This document shows positions 10,844 to 21,400 of a stretch of 64,000 bases of DNA, piece by piece. Numbering within the stretch: the first letter of the stretch is position 1; each line of letters opens with the position of its first letter. Below the pieces are notes generated by a model that saw only the letters and a list, made by a program, of their open reading frames with translations, was not told the DNA's origin and ran no database searches. The stretch comes from Sedimentisphaerales bacterium (GTDB lineage: Bacteria > Planctomycetota > Phycisphaerae > Sedimentisphaerales > Anaerobacaceae), in contig OY970194.1 of assembly GCA_963708075.1 (NCBI GenBank), positions 1,440,001-1,504,000 of the forward strand, in the 5' to 3' direction. Both the position numbers and the translations under genes were made by a program.

Positions 10844-12209
10844 AATCTGGGCCGTCGCGAGGAATACGATGCGCCAGGCCTTGCGCATGAAGGTCGCCGC
10901 CGTGTTTATCGTCCTGTTGCTGATTCTCCTGCCGATCCTGGGACTGACGGTCACGGGCGACGGCACGTTGAAGGGCCGGCTCCAGACGTTCGTGAGCTAC
11001 GGCTTTTCCCTCACAAGCCTGCTCCTGTCCTTCCTGACGCTCATCGTTTCCATCTACACGATCACCAGCGACATCGAGCATCGCCAGATTTATACCGTCG
11101 TCACGAAACCGATCCGCCGCTCGCATCTGATTGTGGGCAAGCTCCTCGGCGTCGTCACGCTGGATGTCGCCCTGCTGACGTTGTTCACCGGCATCATCTA
11201 CGGAGCGGCCATACTCATGCCGTGGTTTCTCAAGGCCTCGCCGCAGGAGTTGGAGGAGGTTGACAGGCAGTTTTACACGGCCAGGACAAGCCTCGTCCCG
11301 CCCGAGCTCGATGTCAGCAAGGAGGTGGATGCACACTACCAGAAACTGGTGAAGAACGACCAGTTGGACCAGGTCTACCCGAACTACACAAAGCCGGAGA
11401 TCATCAAGCTGATGACGAACCAGAAGCGGCTGGAGAAGCGGGCGGCGGCCGTCGGGCAAAGGCTTCTGTGGGAGTTCAAGAACGTGCGGCCCCTGGACCC
11501 GAACCAGAGCCTGTTCATCCGATTCAAGTACGATGTCTCCGTGACCCCGCCCGACGAGCAGGCATACGGCGACTGGTACATCGGCGACCTGCGTCAGCTC
11601 GGCACCGGGCCGGATATGGCGACGCCGATCTTTCGCACTACCCGCAAGGATGCCGTCCGCAGCTTCCGGGAGATCGAGGTTCCCGGAGCGGCCGTCACCC
11701 CCGACGGGTATCTGGCGGTGGGCTTCGTCAATCCACCCTTGAACGAGACTGTGGTTATCTTCCCGCTCGAGGACGGGCTCGAGGTGCTCTACAAGGCCGA
11801 TACTTTCACGGGCAACTTCATCCGTGCCGCGATTCTCATCCTGCTGCGGCTGATTTTCCTCGCCTGCCTGGGTGCCCTGGCGGGCAGCTTCCTGTCGTTC
11901 CCGGTGGCCATTCTGTTCTGCCTCGTGATCTTCCTGACAGGCACGGTCAGCGGTTTTGTCATGGAATCCTTCGGTGATCTCAGCAAGAACATCGGCGTCA
12001 TCTACACGTACACAGTGAAAGGACTGGTTCAACTATTACCGCAATTTGACAAGAACAACCCCACCACGTTTCTGGTTCCGGCTCGACTGATCAGTTGGAC
12101 GTATGTAGGTAAAGTGGCGTTGTTCATGGTCGGCTTACGGGCGTTCCTGTTGCTGCTTTTTGCCTTGATCATCTTCCGATTCCGTGAGCTGGCCAAGGTG
12201 GTTCTCTGA
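10836..12209 (+). CDS. ABC-2-type permease with large extracytoplasmic loop
   Basis: VARNTMRQALR; DIEHRQIYTVVTKPIRR..GKLLG; ATG overlaps the ATPase stop. Confidence 0.85.
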   Translation: MRRIWAVARNTMRQALRMKVAAVFIVLLLILLPILGLTVTGDGTLKGRLQTFVSYGFSLTSLLLSFLTLIVSIYTITSDIEHRQIYTVVTKPIRRSHLIVGKLLGVVTLDVALLTLFTGIIYGAAILMPWFLKASPQELEEVDRQFYTARTSLVPPELDVSKEVDAHYQKLVKNDQLDQVYPNYTKPEIIKLMTNQKRLEKRAAAVGQRLLWEFKNVRPLDPNQSLFIRFKYDVSVTPPDEQAYGDWYIGDLRQLGTGPDMATPIFRTTRKDAVRSFREIEVPGAAVTPDGYLAVGFVNPPLNETVVIFPLEDGLEVLYKADTFTGNFIRAAILILLRLIFLACLGALAGSFLSFPVAILFCLVIFLTGTVSGFVMESFGDLSKNIGVIYTYTVKGLVQLLPQFDKNNPTTFLVPARLISWTYVGKVALFMVGLRAFLLLLFALIIFRFRELAKVVL

Positions 12210-12227
12210 CGATTGCCGGTGTGAACG

Positions 12228-14066
12228 ATGCGTGGACGAGATTTTGCCATCCTGTTTGTCTGTGTAGTGATCGCCGGGGGCCTGCTGATCGCCGCCGGGA
12301 TGCAGCTTGACCACATCAACAGGCAGCGGGAAACGATGGGCCTCACGATCAATATCGCCACGGAGAACATGCCTCCCGCGATGGCTTTTGCGACTGTGGC
12401 GATGGGAGCCTTCCGGGGTCTGGTCGTCGATATCCTCTGGATGCGGGCCGACAAACTCAAAGAGGAAGGGCAGTTCTTCGACGCCAGGCAGCTTGCCGAG
12501 TGGATCACGATGCTGCAGCCGCGGTTCGCCTCCGTCTGGGAGTTTCACGCCTGGAACATGGCCTATAACATCTCCGTGGCCATTCCCGCCTCCCAGCCCG
12601 AACAACGATGGCGCTGGGTGAAGAACGGTTTCGAGCTGCTGCGCGACCAGGGAATCCCGCTGAATCCCAAGGCGATCCCGCTTTATCGTGAGCTCGGGCG
12701 GATTCTGCAGCACAAGATCGGCGGCATCTCGGACGACGCCCACGAGTACTACAAGCTACAGATGGTCGAGGCGTTGGAGCCGCTGCTGCAATCGCAGGAC
12801 AACGGGTTCGGCCGCGAGTCCAACGAGTTTTACGAGGCGATGATCCAGGCGCCGATGGCGTGGCCCCAGGTGGAGCGGGATCCAAACGTCGCACCCTTTA
12901 TTGAGGCCTTGCGGGTTGCAGATGAGGCGTTCGCCAAGGCCGACAGCAAGGAATTTGTGGCGAACTACCTGTCTTTGCGTCAGAACCCGCAACGGTTCAA
13001 GCCCGAGGCCATCAAGATCATCGATGCGTTCCGAGGCAGCCCGGCCCTCAAGAGGTTCGACATCTTTGCCAAGGCCTACCAGCTCCGGCGTGAGTGGAAG
13101 CTCGACCCGGAGCTGATGCAGGAAGTGAACAAGATGTACGGCCCAATCGATTTCAGCGATCCGAACCAGCATTTCCCCATGGACTGGCGGAATGCCGATA
13201 GTCATGCAATCTACTGGGCGGTCAAAGCGCTGCAGGTTCTGGCCCAGAAGGAAGGCCGCAAGATTGAGATAAACGAGACGAACACGGACCGCATCGTCGT
13301 GCACAGTCTCCAGAACCTCTTTCGCAACGGCAAGATCACGGTCCTTCAGGGGCCGGCCGAGCCTGTCGGCGAGCCAGGGATGACCGCTGAACCGGTGCAA
13401 CCTCAAACACGCAAGGACATTTTTCTGACGCCGGACCTGCGGATGTTCGACTCGTACGACAAGGCGGCCCGGACCATCATCAAAAAGCACGCGGACGCCG
13501 GCGCAAAGGAGTGGGGCCCATTGGAGTCTCTGCGAACCGGTCATCGCAATATGCTTAAGAACGCCGTCACGTCGTTCTATCAGGCGGGGATCAAAGGGTA
13601 TGCGTTGAGGATCTACAACGAGTTGCGCCAACTGTACCCCAATATCGAGGAGTTCCAGGGATCGCTCGATGAGTATGTGGCGATCCGCTTTCGAGAAGAG
13701 TTGGACGGCTTTGCTATTCAGGATGCCCAGGAGATGATGATCGCGACCTTGATGGAGGCGTACTTCCGTCTTGCCATTCACGAGGATAGTGAAGCGGCGG
13801 CCAGAGAGAAGCTCGCTCAGCAAGCGTACGACTACTACATAGTGAAATACGAAGACCCGAAGTTCAGGATTGACCTGCCGCCGATGCCCGTGTTACGCTA
13901 CATTGCCTTGGGTCAGTTCCTGAATAATGATATGTATCCCGCCTACATACGGGAGGGTTTGTTAGCCCGCATCAAGATCGAGCGGCCCGAGCTTTACAAG
14001 GAAATGGAGCAGACAGAAGAGGTGCTCCGGCTGCGAATGGAGCAGTCTCAGGAACCACAGGGATAG
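12228..14066 (+). CDS. Membrane-anchored helical/TPR-like protein (PilG-like, ABC-associated)
   Basis: N-terminal TM; GAFRGLVVDILWMRA..WITMLQPRF..WNMAYNISV..GIPLNP..LYRELG; family call is my recognition only. Confidence 0.6.
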   Translation: MRGRDFAILFVCVVIAGGLLIAAGMQLDHINRQRETMGLTINIATENMPPAMAFATVAMGAFRGLVVDILWMRADKLKEEGQFFDARQLAEWITMLQPRFASVWEFHAWNMAYNISVAIPASQPEQRWRWVKNGFELLRDQGIPLNPKAIPLYRELGRILQHKIGGISDDAHEYYKLQMVEALEPLLQSQDNGFGRESNEFYEAMIQAPMAWPQVERDPNVAPFIEALRVADEAFAKADSKEFVANYLSLRQNPQRFKPEAIKIIDAFRGSPALKRFDIFAKAYQLRREWKLDPELMQEVNKMYGPIDFSDPNQHFPMDWRNADSHAIYWAVKALQVLAQKEGRKIEINETNTDRIVVHSLQNLFRNGKITVLQGPAEPVGEPGMTAEPVQPQTRKDIFLTPDLRMFDSYDKAARTIIKKHADAGAKEWGPLESLRTGHRNMLKNAVTSFYQAGIKGYALRIYNELRQLYPNIEEFQGSLDEYVAIRFREELDGFAIQDAQEMMIATLMEAYFRLAIHEDSEAAAREKLAQQAYDYYIVKYEDPKFRIDLPPMPVLRYIALGQFLNNDMYPAYIREGLLARIKIERPELYKEMEQTEEVLRLRMEQSQEPQG

Positions 14067-14080
14067 AATCGAGTTCGGGC

Positions 14081-16300
14081 ATGGAAGAGGCAGTTCTGGA
14101 GAAGTTGACACCGTCGCAGAGGCGGGCTGTCTGTCATCGGGAAGGACCGCTGTTGGTTCTCGCGGGTCCGGGCAGCGGCAAGACACGCGTGATTACCCAT
14201 CGCATCGCGGCCCTGATCGACTGGGGCGTCCGACCATCCAATATTTGCGCTATCACCTTCACCAACAAAGCGGCACAGGAAATGCAAGAGCGTCACATTC
14301 AACTCGCATACCACCTAGGTCCACTGGTCCACAGGGATCTCGAGGATGCTCGTGAACAAGCCGTAACGGCGAAGGGTCGCGCGAGTGCATACATCAGCAC
14401 TTTCCACTCGCTTTGCGTGCGAATTCTCCGCATCTACGCCGACGCGGCCGGCGTCCATCCGAATTTCAGCATCTACGATGAATCCGACCAGACGAAGTGT
14501 GTCAAGAAGGCGATCAGCGACTGCGACCTTGACGTGACGAACTTCCCGCCCGGCCGAATCCTGGAAGCCATCTCGACCCTGAAGAACAAGCTCGTTGACG
14601 CCGATACCTTCCGGACCCAGGCCGAGGATTTCTTCTCGCAGACCCTTGTGCAGGTGTACGCCCGCTACCAGCAGATCCTTACGGATCGAAACGGGCTCGA
14701 CTTCGATGACCTGCTGATGAAAGCGGCGCTGCTGCTGGAGAACAACTCGGCCGTCTGCCGGGAGTTGTCGGAACGGTTCAAGTTCCTGCTCATTGACGAG
14801 TACCAGGACACGAACCACGCTCAATACAGACTCACCAAGGCTCTCGTGTCCTCCCACAACAACATCTGTGCCGTGGGCGATCCGGATCAGTCGATCTACC
14901 GCTGGCGCGGAGCCGATACCCGCAACATCCTGGCCTTCGAGAAGGACTGGCCCAACGCCACAGTGGTCAAACTGGAGGAGAATTTCCGGAGCACCGCCGA
15001 GGTCTTGCGCATCGCCGACCGGCTCATCGCCCGCAACCGGAATCGCAAGGAAAAGGTCCTTGTGCCCGTCAAATCGCACAAGGGCGAGGTCCGGATCGAC
15101 AACTATGAGGATGAGAACGCGGAGGCCGGCGCCGTCGCCCGGCAGGTCCAGAGACTTGTGGCCTCAGGCGTTTCAGGCACCGAGATCGCCGTGTTCTACC
15201 GCGTGAACGCAATGAGCCGTGCGATCGAAGAGGCCTTCATCCGCGAGAAGGTCCTTTACCAGGTGGTCCGCGGCGTCGAGTTCTACAATCGAAAGGAAAT
15301 CCGCGATGTTCTTGCTTATCTCAAAGTGATCGTGAACCCGGCGGATGAGGTCGCCCTGCAGCGGATCATCAACACGCCGGCGCGGGGGATCGGAAAAGTC
15401 ACCGTCGACCGAGCCAGTATGCACGCTGCCCGCAACCGGATGTCATTGTTCGATGCGATCAGGAACGTGGACCAGATCGCCGGCCTCTCCGGCGCCGTGA
15501 AAGCGAAGCTGGCCGCCTTCGTGCAGATGATCGATGGGCTCGCACAGAATACGGAGGGCAAGGTCGCGCCGTTGGTCGAGCGGGTGTTCAAGGTCTCGGG
15601 GCTGGAGAAGACGCTCAAGGGCGCGGGGCTCGAAGGCGAAGATGCCGTGGAGAACATCGAGCAGTTGATCAACACGGCCGCCGCCTACGACCAGCAGGCC
15701 CAGAGCCCCTCCCTGGTGGACTACCTGCAGCAGATCGCCCTCTTCAGCGACGCCGACGCTTACGATGCATCGGGCGAGCGGGTCGCCCTGATGACGCTCC
15801 ACGCCGCCAAAGGACTCGAATTCGAGAACGTCTTCATCATTGGATTGGAGCACGGAATTCTCCCGCATGAGCGGTCCGGCGAAGACGGCGACGACGTCGA
15901 AGAGGAGCGAAGGCTCCTGTTCGTCGGCGTCACACGGGCCAAGACGAATCTCTATATCAGCTACGCCAGGTATCGGACGGTCCGGGGCCAGACGCTGCGA
16001 ACGATTCCCTCGCAGTTCCTCTTCGAGCTTGGCCCCGGTCTGATGCATTCCTCTGTTGAGCAGGAAGACCGTCCCCAGGCGGAGCCGGCCTTCCCGAAAG
16101 CCAGGCCTGGCCCTTCCCCCTCCAACGGCACGAAGGCTCCCCAGTTTGTCCCCGGCCAACTCGTCCGGCACAAGACCTTTGGTCTCGGCCGGGTCAGAAA
16201 ATTCGTGGACATGGGGGCCAACAGCGTCGTCGTCATTTCTTTCAATAGTGGACAGACCAAATCCCTGCTGCTACAATACGCCGACCTTGTACGAGTGTAG
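14081..16300 (+). CDS. pcrA: UvrD/PcrA ATP-dependent DNA helicase
   Basis: AGPGSGKT, TFTNKAA, DEYQD, GDPDQSIY, TLHAAKGLEF, EERRL..VGVTRA; C-terminal Tudor-like domain. Confidence 0.93.
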   Translation: MEEAVLEKLTPSQRRAVCHREGPLLVLAGPGSGKTRVITHRIAALIDWGVRPSNICAITFTNKAAQEMQERHIQLAYHLGPLVHRDLEDAREQAVTAKGRASAYISTFHSLCVRILRIYADAAGVHPNFSIYDESDQTKCVKKAISDCDLDVTNFPPGRILEAISTLKNKLVDADTFRTQAEDFFSQTLVQVYARYQQILTDRNGLDFDDLLMKAALLLENNSAVCRELSERFKFLLIDEYQDTNHAQYRLTKALVSSHNNICAVGDPDQSIYRWRGADTRNILAFEKDWPNATVVKLEENFRSTAEVLRIADRLIARNRNRKEKVLVPVKSHKGEVRIDNYEDENAEAGAVARQVQRLVASGVSGTEIAVFYRVNAMSRAIEEAFIREKVLYQVVRGVEFYNRKEIRDVLAYLKVIVNPADEVALQRIINTPARGIGKVTVDRASMHAARNRMSLFDAIRNVDQIAGLSGAVKAKLAAFVQMIDGLAQNTEGKVAPLVERVFKVSGLEKTLKGAGLEGEDAVENIEQLINTAAAYDQQAQSPSLVDYLQQIALFSDADAYDASGERVALMTLHAAKGLEFENVFIIGLEHGILPHERSGEDGDDVEEERRLLFVGVTRAKTNLYISYARYRTVRGQTLRTIPSQFLFELGPGLMHSSVEQEDRPQAEPAFPKARPGPSPSNGTKAPQFVPGQLVRHKTFGLGRVRKFVDMGANSVVVISFNSGQTKSLLLQYADLVRV

Positions 16301-16411
16301 GTAACGGATTATCCAGGCTGCGTGAGATGCACAAGCCGCATCGCAAGAACGAGTGGTCGGGACAGGAGGACTGTTGGGTCGCCCATACATTTCTTGGAAA
16401 GGGAGAATGCT

Positions 16412-17867
16412 ATGTCACGACATATCGATCGTAGGGAGTTTCTGCAGATTACCGCCGGGGGAATGGCCTATTTCGCCGGCTCAAGCCTGTTCGCCGCGAA
16501 CGCCCGGGCTGCCGGTTCGCCGCTGATCAGCCCAGGTTGTCGCCGAAGCAAGGTCAAGGTAGCCCGGATCTACATGGGCACTAAAAGTGGCCTGTGGCCG
16601 AAGCCCAAGCTGAATTTCCAGGAAGAGAACCGCTTTCTACGGAAAGCAATTTGCCAAGCTCGGCAACAATCTTGCCGATGTCGATTTCGCCGTCGATGAG
16701 TTGGTCACTTCCATGGAGCAGGCACAACAGATCAAAGGCAGACTCCAAGGCGTGGACGGGATTCTCATTATTCACCTGAGCATGGGCATCGGCGGGATGC
16801 TGAATGAGATTCTTAGCGTCGGCAAACCGACGGCGGTCTTCGCCATACCGTACTCCGGGCATGAGTGGGCCTCCTTTGGCGATATCCAGAAACAACCGGC
16901 CGGCGCCAAGCTGGAGTGTTTCCTCACGAGCGATTATTCCCAGCTTGCCGTGGCGATCCGGCCCTTCCGCGCCATTCACCACCTGCGAGAAGCAAAGATC
17001 CTCAACGTAACCACGCGGTCGTTCACGGACTATGCCGATCAGATGAAAGCCAGATTCGGCACCGAGATGAAACAGATCAGCCTCGACACCGTGGTCAAGG
17101 CGTATGATGCCATCTCTGATGACGATGCCCGGGCGGAGACCGAGCGGTGGATCAAAGGCGCCGAGGCGGTGATTGAGCCTCCCCGCAATGACATATACAA
17201 ATCCTGCCGGCTCGCCCTGGCTTTCGAGAACATGCTGGCCGAGGAGGATGCGACGGTCCTGACGGTCGACTGCTACGGCACGATGTGGGACAAGACGATC
17301 AAGCTGCCCGGGTATCCTTGCGTGGGCTTCTGCCGGCTCAACGACATGGGTCTGGGCGGAATTTGCGAGTCGGACATGCGATCCGCTATGACGCATATCA
17401 TCCTGCAGGGCCTGACCGGCAAGCCTGGGTTCATCAGCGATCCAACGGTCGATGAATCCAACAACAGTATCATTCTGGCCCACTGCATGAGTTCGCGGAA
17501 GATGGACGGTCCGAACGGCCCGGTATCGCCCTACAAGCTGCGCACGGTCCACGAGCGGGAGGAAGGTGTTACGCCCCAAAGCGAGATGCGAAAGGGTGAG
17601 AAAGTGACGCAGGCGATCCTGATCGGAACGGACCTGGTGTTATACTTCACGGGCGAGATTATCGCCGCCCCGGTAGGCGTCGAATTCGACCGCGGCTGTC
17701 GGACCAAGATCACGGTAAAAGTAGACGGTGATGTCACGACGCTGTGGAAGAACTGGTCGAACGGGCTCCACCGCCAGACAGTCTACGGCGATGTCACCAA
17801 GGACCTCCAGCGATTCTGCCGATACGAGGGGATCAAGCTCGTCGACGAGGCAGCCCAACAGGCGTGA
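16412..17867 (+). CDS. Tat-signal L-fucose/L-arabinose isomerase-like protein (indel ~16635)
   Basis: DRREFLQ twin-arginine signal; GICESD..AMT, GFISDP, ILAHC, GCRTK, GLHR...YGD. Confidence 0.7.
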
Positions 17868-17903
17868 CACCGTCGGTCAGTGTCAATTGTAGAGAGGGTA
17901 GGA

Positions 17904-19247
17904 ATGGGTGCTAAATCGTGTAGCAGGCGGGACTTACTGAAGGTCGCCGGCACTGGAATCACATGTCTGGTTACGGTGCCTTACATCTGCAGCGCTGAGC
18001 AGCAGGGGGATATTCTCGGCCAGGCGGATGAGCGTATCACGCGGCATCGTAAAGGCACCGCTGTTTTGAGCCTCAGAGGACCTGACGGTCAGGCGTTTCC
18101 ACCTGGCGTGCGGCTGGAGATCAGCCAGACTCGGCACCGGTTCCTCTTCGGCTGCAACATCTTCAAGCTGGGCCGCTGCCGGACCGAAGCGGATAATGCC
18201 GCGTACGAAAAGCAGTTTGCCGAGCTTCTGAACTACGCGACGCTGCCGTTCTATTGGTGGACGTATGAGGCTCGGAAGGGCCAGCCGATGGATGATCGCA
18301 CGGATGAGATCGTACGCTGGTGCAAGGCTCATGATGTCACTACTAAGGGCCATCCGCTGGCCTGGAACTACGTCGATCCCCGGTGGCTGGCGGGCACGCC
18401 GGAAGACGTGATGCGGCTGCAATTTGAGCGAGTCGGCCGCTGTGTAGAGCGATTCAAGGGCGATATCGACATCTGGGATGTCGTCAATGAGGCCACCCAT
18501 TATGACCGCGAGGAGTTGAAAAAGCGGGCCCCAAAGCTGACCGAGGCTATCGCCAAGATCGGGATCGGCGAGTACGTCCGCAGGGCCTTCGTGGTCGCAC
18601 GCAAGGCGAGTCCGCAAGCCACGCTCCTCATCAACGACTACCGCACCGACCGCGACTATCAGGACAAAGTCATCAAGGAACTCGTCGATAAGGAGGGCAA
18701 GCCGCTCTACGACGTTATCGGCATCCAGTCGCACATGCACGGCGGTCCCTGGCGCACCGCACAGACGTGGGACGTGTGTGAACGCTTTGCTAAGTACGGC
18801 AAACCACTGCATTTCACGGAGACCACGGTCGTTTCGGGACCGAAGAAGGACTCCGCATGGGCGACAACGCCTGAAGGGGAGCAGCAACAGGCCAAGGCTG
18901 TGACCGAGTTCTACACTGTACTCTTCTCGCATCCGGCTGTTGAAGCCATTACGTGGTGGGATTTCAGCGACCAGAATGCCTGGCAGGCAGCGCCGGCCGG
19001 CTTGGTGCGTGACGACATGACGCCCAAACCGGCGTACGAGCAATTGCACGAGCTGATCAAAGGGAAATGGTGGACAAAGACTGACGTGGAAACAGGCGCT
19101 GATGGTCAGGCAACGCTCCTGGGCTTCTATGGGCAGTACCGGGTGGGCGCCACGCTGGGCGGTCGCCGACTCGCAGGGAAATTCTCTCTGGACAAGAGCA
19201 TGGGCACGCCTCTGAGCGTACAGATGACCGAGAACGTGATGAGTTGA
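17904..19247 (+). CDS. GH10-family glycoside hydrolase (xylanase-like), Tat signal
   Basis: SRRDLLK; KGHPLAW, WDVVNE (acid/base), GIQSH, HFTE (nucleophile), ITWWD. Confidence 0.9.
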   Translation: MGAKSCSRRDLLKVAGTGITCLVTVPYICSAEQQGDILGQADERITRHRKGTAVLSLRGPDGQAFPPGVRLEISQTRHRFLFGCNIFKLGRCRTEADNAAYEKQFAELLNYATLPFYWWTYEARKGQPMDDRTDEIVRWCKAHDVTTKGHPLAWNYVDPRWLAGTPEDVMRLQFERVGRCVERFKGDIDIWDVVNEATHYDREELKKRAPKLTEAIAKIGIGEYVRRAFVVARKASPQATLLINDYRTDRDYQDKVIKELVDKEGKPLYDVIGIQSHMHGGPWRTAQTWDVCERFAKYGKPLHFTETTVVSGPKKDSAWATTPEGEQQQAKAVTEFYTVLFSHPAVEAITWWDFSDQNAWQAAPAGLVRDDMTPKPAYEQLHELIKGKWWTKTDVETGADGQATLLGFYGQYRVGATLGGRRLAGKFSLDKSMGTPLSVQMTENVMS

Positions 19248-19264
19248 TGGGGAGGGATTCAGGG

Positions 19265-20352
19265 ATGAATTACGCAGTAGTCATGGCCGGAGGGACCGGG
19301 AAAAGGCTATGGCCGCTCAGCCGGAAAAAGCGCCCAAGCAGGTGCTCAAGCTGCTGGACGGGCAGACGCTCCTGAATCGATGTGTGGAGCGGCTCTTTCC
19401 CATTTTCGACGCCCGCAACATCATTGTCCTGACCAACATCGAGTATGTGGACATCGTTCGGGAAAACCTGCCTGGCCTTCCGCTAAACAACGTCATTGCC
19501 GAGCCGACAGTGCGGGATACCGCCGGGGCCATTGGCCTGGCCGCCACAATTCTCGCCAAGTACGACCCGGAGGCATCCATGGCCGTCGTGACGGCGGACC
19601 AATTGCTCGAACCGCCCGAGGTCCTGCAACAGGCCCTGATGGATGCGTTCGAGTTTCTGTCGCGCGATCCGGAAGCCCTGGTCACGTTCGGCATCAAGCC
19701 GACGTTTCCCAGCACGCAGTTGGGATACATCAAGTGTGCCGGTCCCCGGGCATGCCCGAAATGCAAGAACGTCGTGTACTCCGTGGAGGCCTTCAGGGAG
19801 AAACCCGACCTGCAAACCGCACAAAGGTACGTGGAAAGCGGCGAGTACTCCTGGAACTCCGGGATGTTCGTTTGGAAAGCCAGGACCATCCTGGCCAACC
19901 TGCAGAGGTTCCTCCCTGAATCTGCGGAGCTGCTTCGACGCATTGCGGATGCATGGGACACCCCTCAGCAGGAAAAAGCACTGCAGGAATGGTTCTTCAA
20001 GCTACCCAACATCAGCATTGATTTTGCCGTGATGGAGAAAGCCGATAAGGTCCACGCCATTCAGCTCAATTGCCAGTGGCTGGACATGGGCTCGTTCGCG
20101 GCGCTTGCCGATGTCATCAAGTCGGATGAAAACGGCAACGTCGTCGTCGCCGGGGCCAGCGAGGTGCTGGATTGCCGCAACAGCATTATCGTAACCGAGG
20201 ACAAGGGCCATCTCATCGCGGCCATCGGGCTTCAGGACCTTGTGATCGCCCATACCCCGGATGCCACGCTCGTTTGCCACGTCAGCCAAACGGAGCAGCT
20301 TAAGATGCTGCTGGAACGTATTGAGCAGCATGGTCTCGCGAAATTTTTGTAG
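19265..20352 (+). CDS. manC: Mannose-1-phosphate guanylyltransferase (indel ~19333)
   Basis: MNYAVVMAGGTGKRLWPLSR read from 19265, joining PKQ; EP..RDTA, FREKP, WNSGMF, SIDFAVMEK. Confidence 0.92.
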
Positions 20353-20362
20353 TATCCCCGAC

Positions 20363-20788
20363 ATGAGATTTCTTGCCATAGATTATGGGACGAGACGAAC
20401 GGGTTTGGCCGTCTGCGATGCCGCGGAGACGATGGCTTTTCCCCTCAATGTGATCCACGGCCACAAGAATCTGGTCGAGCGGATTGAACAGATTGTTGCG
20501 TCCGAGCATATTGATGCCATCGTGCTCGGCCTGCCTTTGAACATGGATGGCTCTCGTGGCCCGCAGGCTCAACAGGTCCTGGCGTTCGCCGAGCGGCTCA
20601 AGCAGCGGATCGGGATTGCGATTCATCTCCAAGACGAGCGGCTGAGCAGTTTTGAGGCCGAGGAGAAGCTCCAGGCCACCGGCCTGAGTAAAGCGAAGCA
20701 GCGGGAACGGCTTGACGCCGTCGCTGCCGCCGAGATCCTTCAGGGGTTCCTGGAGGAGCGGAAGGGGGGCTCGAGTGGCCGGTCCTGA
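20363..20788 (+). CDS. ruvX: YqgF/RuvX pre-16S rRNA nuclease
   Basis: LAIDYGTRRTGLAVCD, VLGLPLNMDG, DERLSS, DAVAAAEILQ. Confidence 0.93.
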   Translation: MRFLAIDYGTRRTGLAVCDAAETMAFPLNVIHGHKNLVERIEQIVASEHIDAIVLGLPLNMDGSRGPQAQQVLAFAERLKQRIGIAIHLQDERLSSFEAEEKLQATGLSKAKQRERLDAVAAAEILQGFLEERKGGSSGRS

Positions 20789-21012
20789 ACTTGTCGTACC
20801 TGCAACTCGCCCGGATGGCCCCAGACACGTTTTTCGGCTCAAAAGGGCAAAAGTCCCGGGTTTTCGGCCCTTGGGGACCTGCCGGCTTTTTTTCGCCTCT
20901 CGCCGGGAAAAAGCTTGCCAAGAGGCCGCGGGCATGGTTTATTAGGGGATTCTTAATTTGAGAATTCGAGAAGCCTCGCTGTGAGGCCAAACAGGAAGGG
21001 TCTGCTGGACGT

Positions 21013-21279
21013 ATGTTAACAAAAGAGAACAAAGGTAGCATAATTAAAGAGTTTGAATCGCACGAGGGAGATACAGGGTCGCCGGAGGTGCAGATCGCGC
21101 TGCTGACAAGGCGCATCAACGACCTGACGGAACACTTCAAGACGCATCGCAAGGATCATTCCTCCCGTCGAGGCTTGCTCAAGATGGTTGGCACACGATC
21201 CGCGTTGCTCAAGTACATCCGCAATAAGGACTTGAAGCAGTATCAGGCGGTCATTTCCCGTCTCGGACTGCGGAAGTAG
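21013..21279 (+). CDS. rpsO: 30S ribosomal protein S15
   Basis: [34 protein letters not shown]. Confidence 0.98.
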   Translation: MLTKENKGSIIKEFESHEGDTGSPEVQIALLTRRINDLTEHFKTHRKDHSSRRGLLKMVGTRSALLKYIRNKDLKQYQAVISRLGLRK

Positions 21280-21400
21280 CGGATCGGCCGGCGGTCGTGT
21301 CCCGCTGGAGATACATCCCAGGTACGGATTTCATTGGTGGACACCAGGCACGGAATGGTTTCCCGGTCGTGCGCATACACGTAAACCAGCGAGGTACTAC

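Noticed and set aside
20800..21010. Riboswitch or S15 autoregulatory leader upstream of rpsO
   Set aside because: Some hairpins and U-tracts exist, but I cannot match a defined family by eye.
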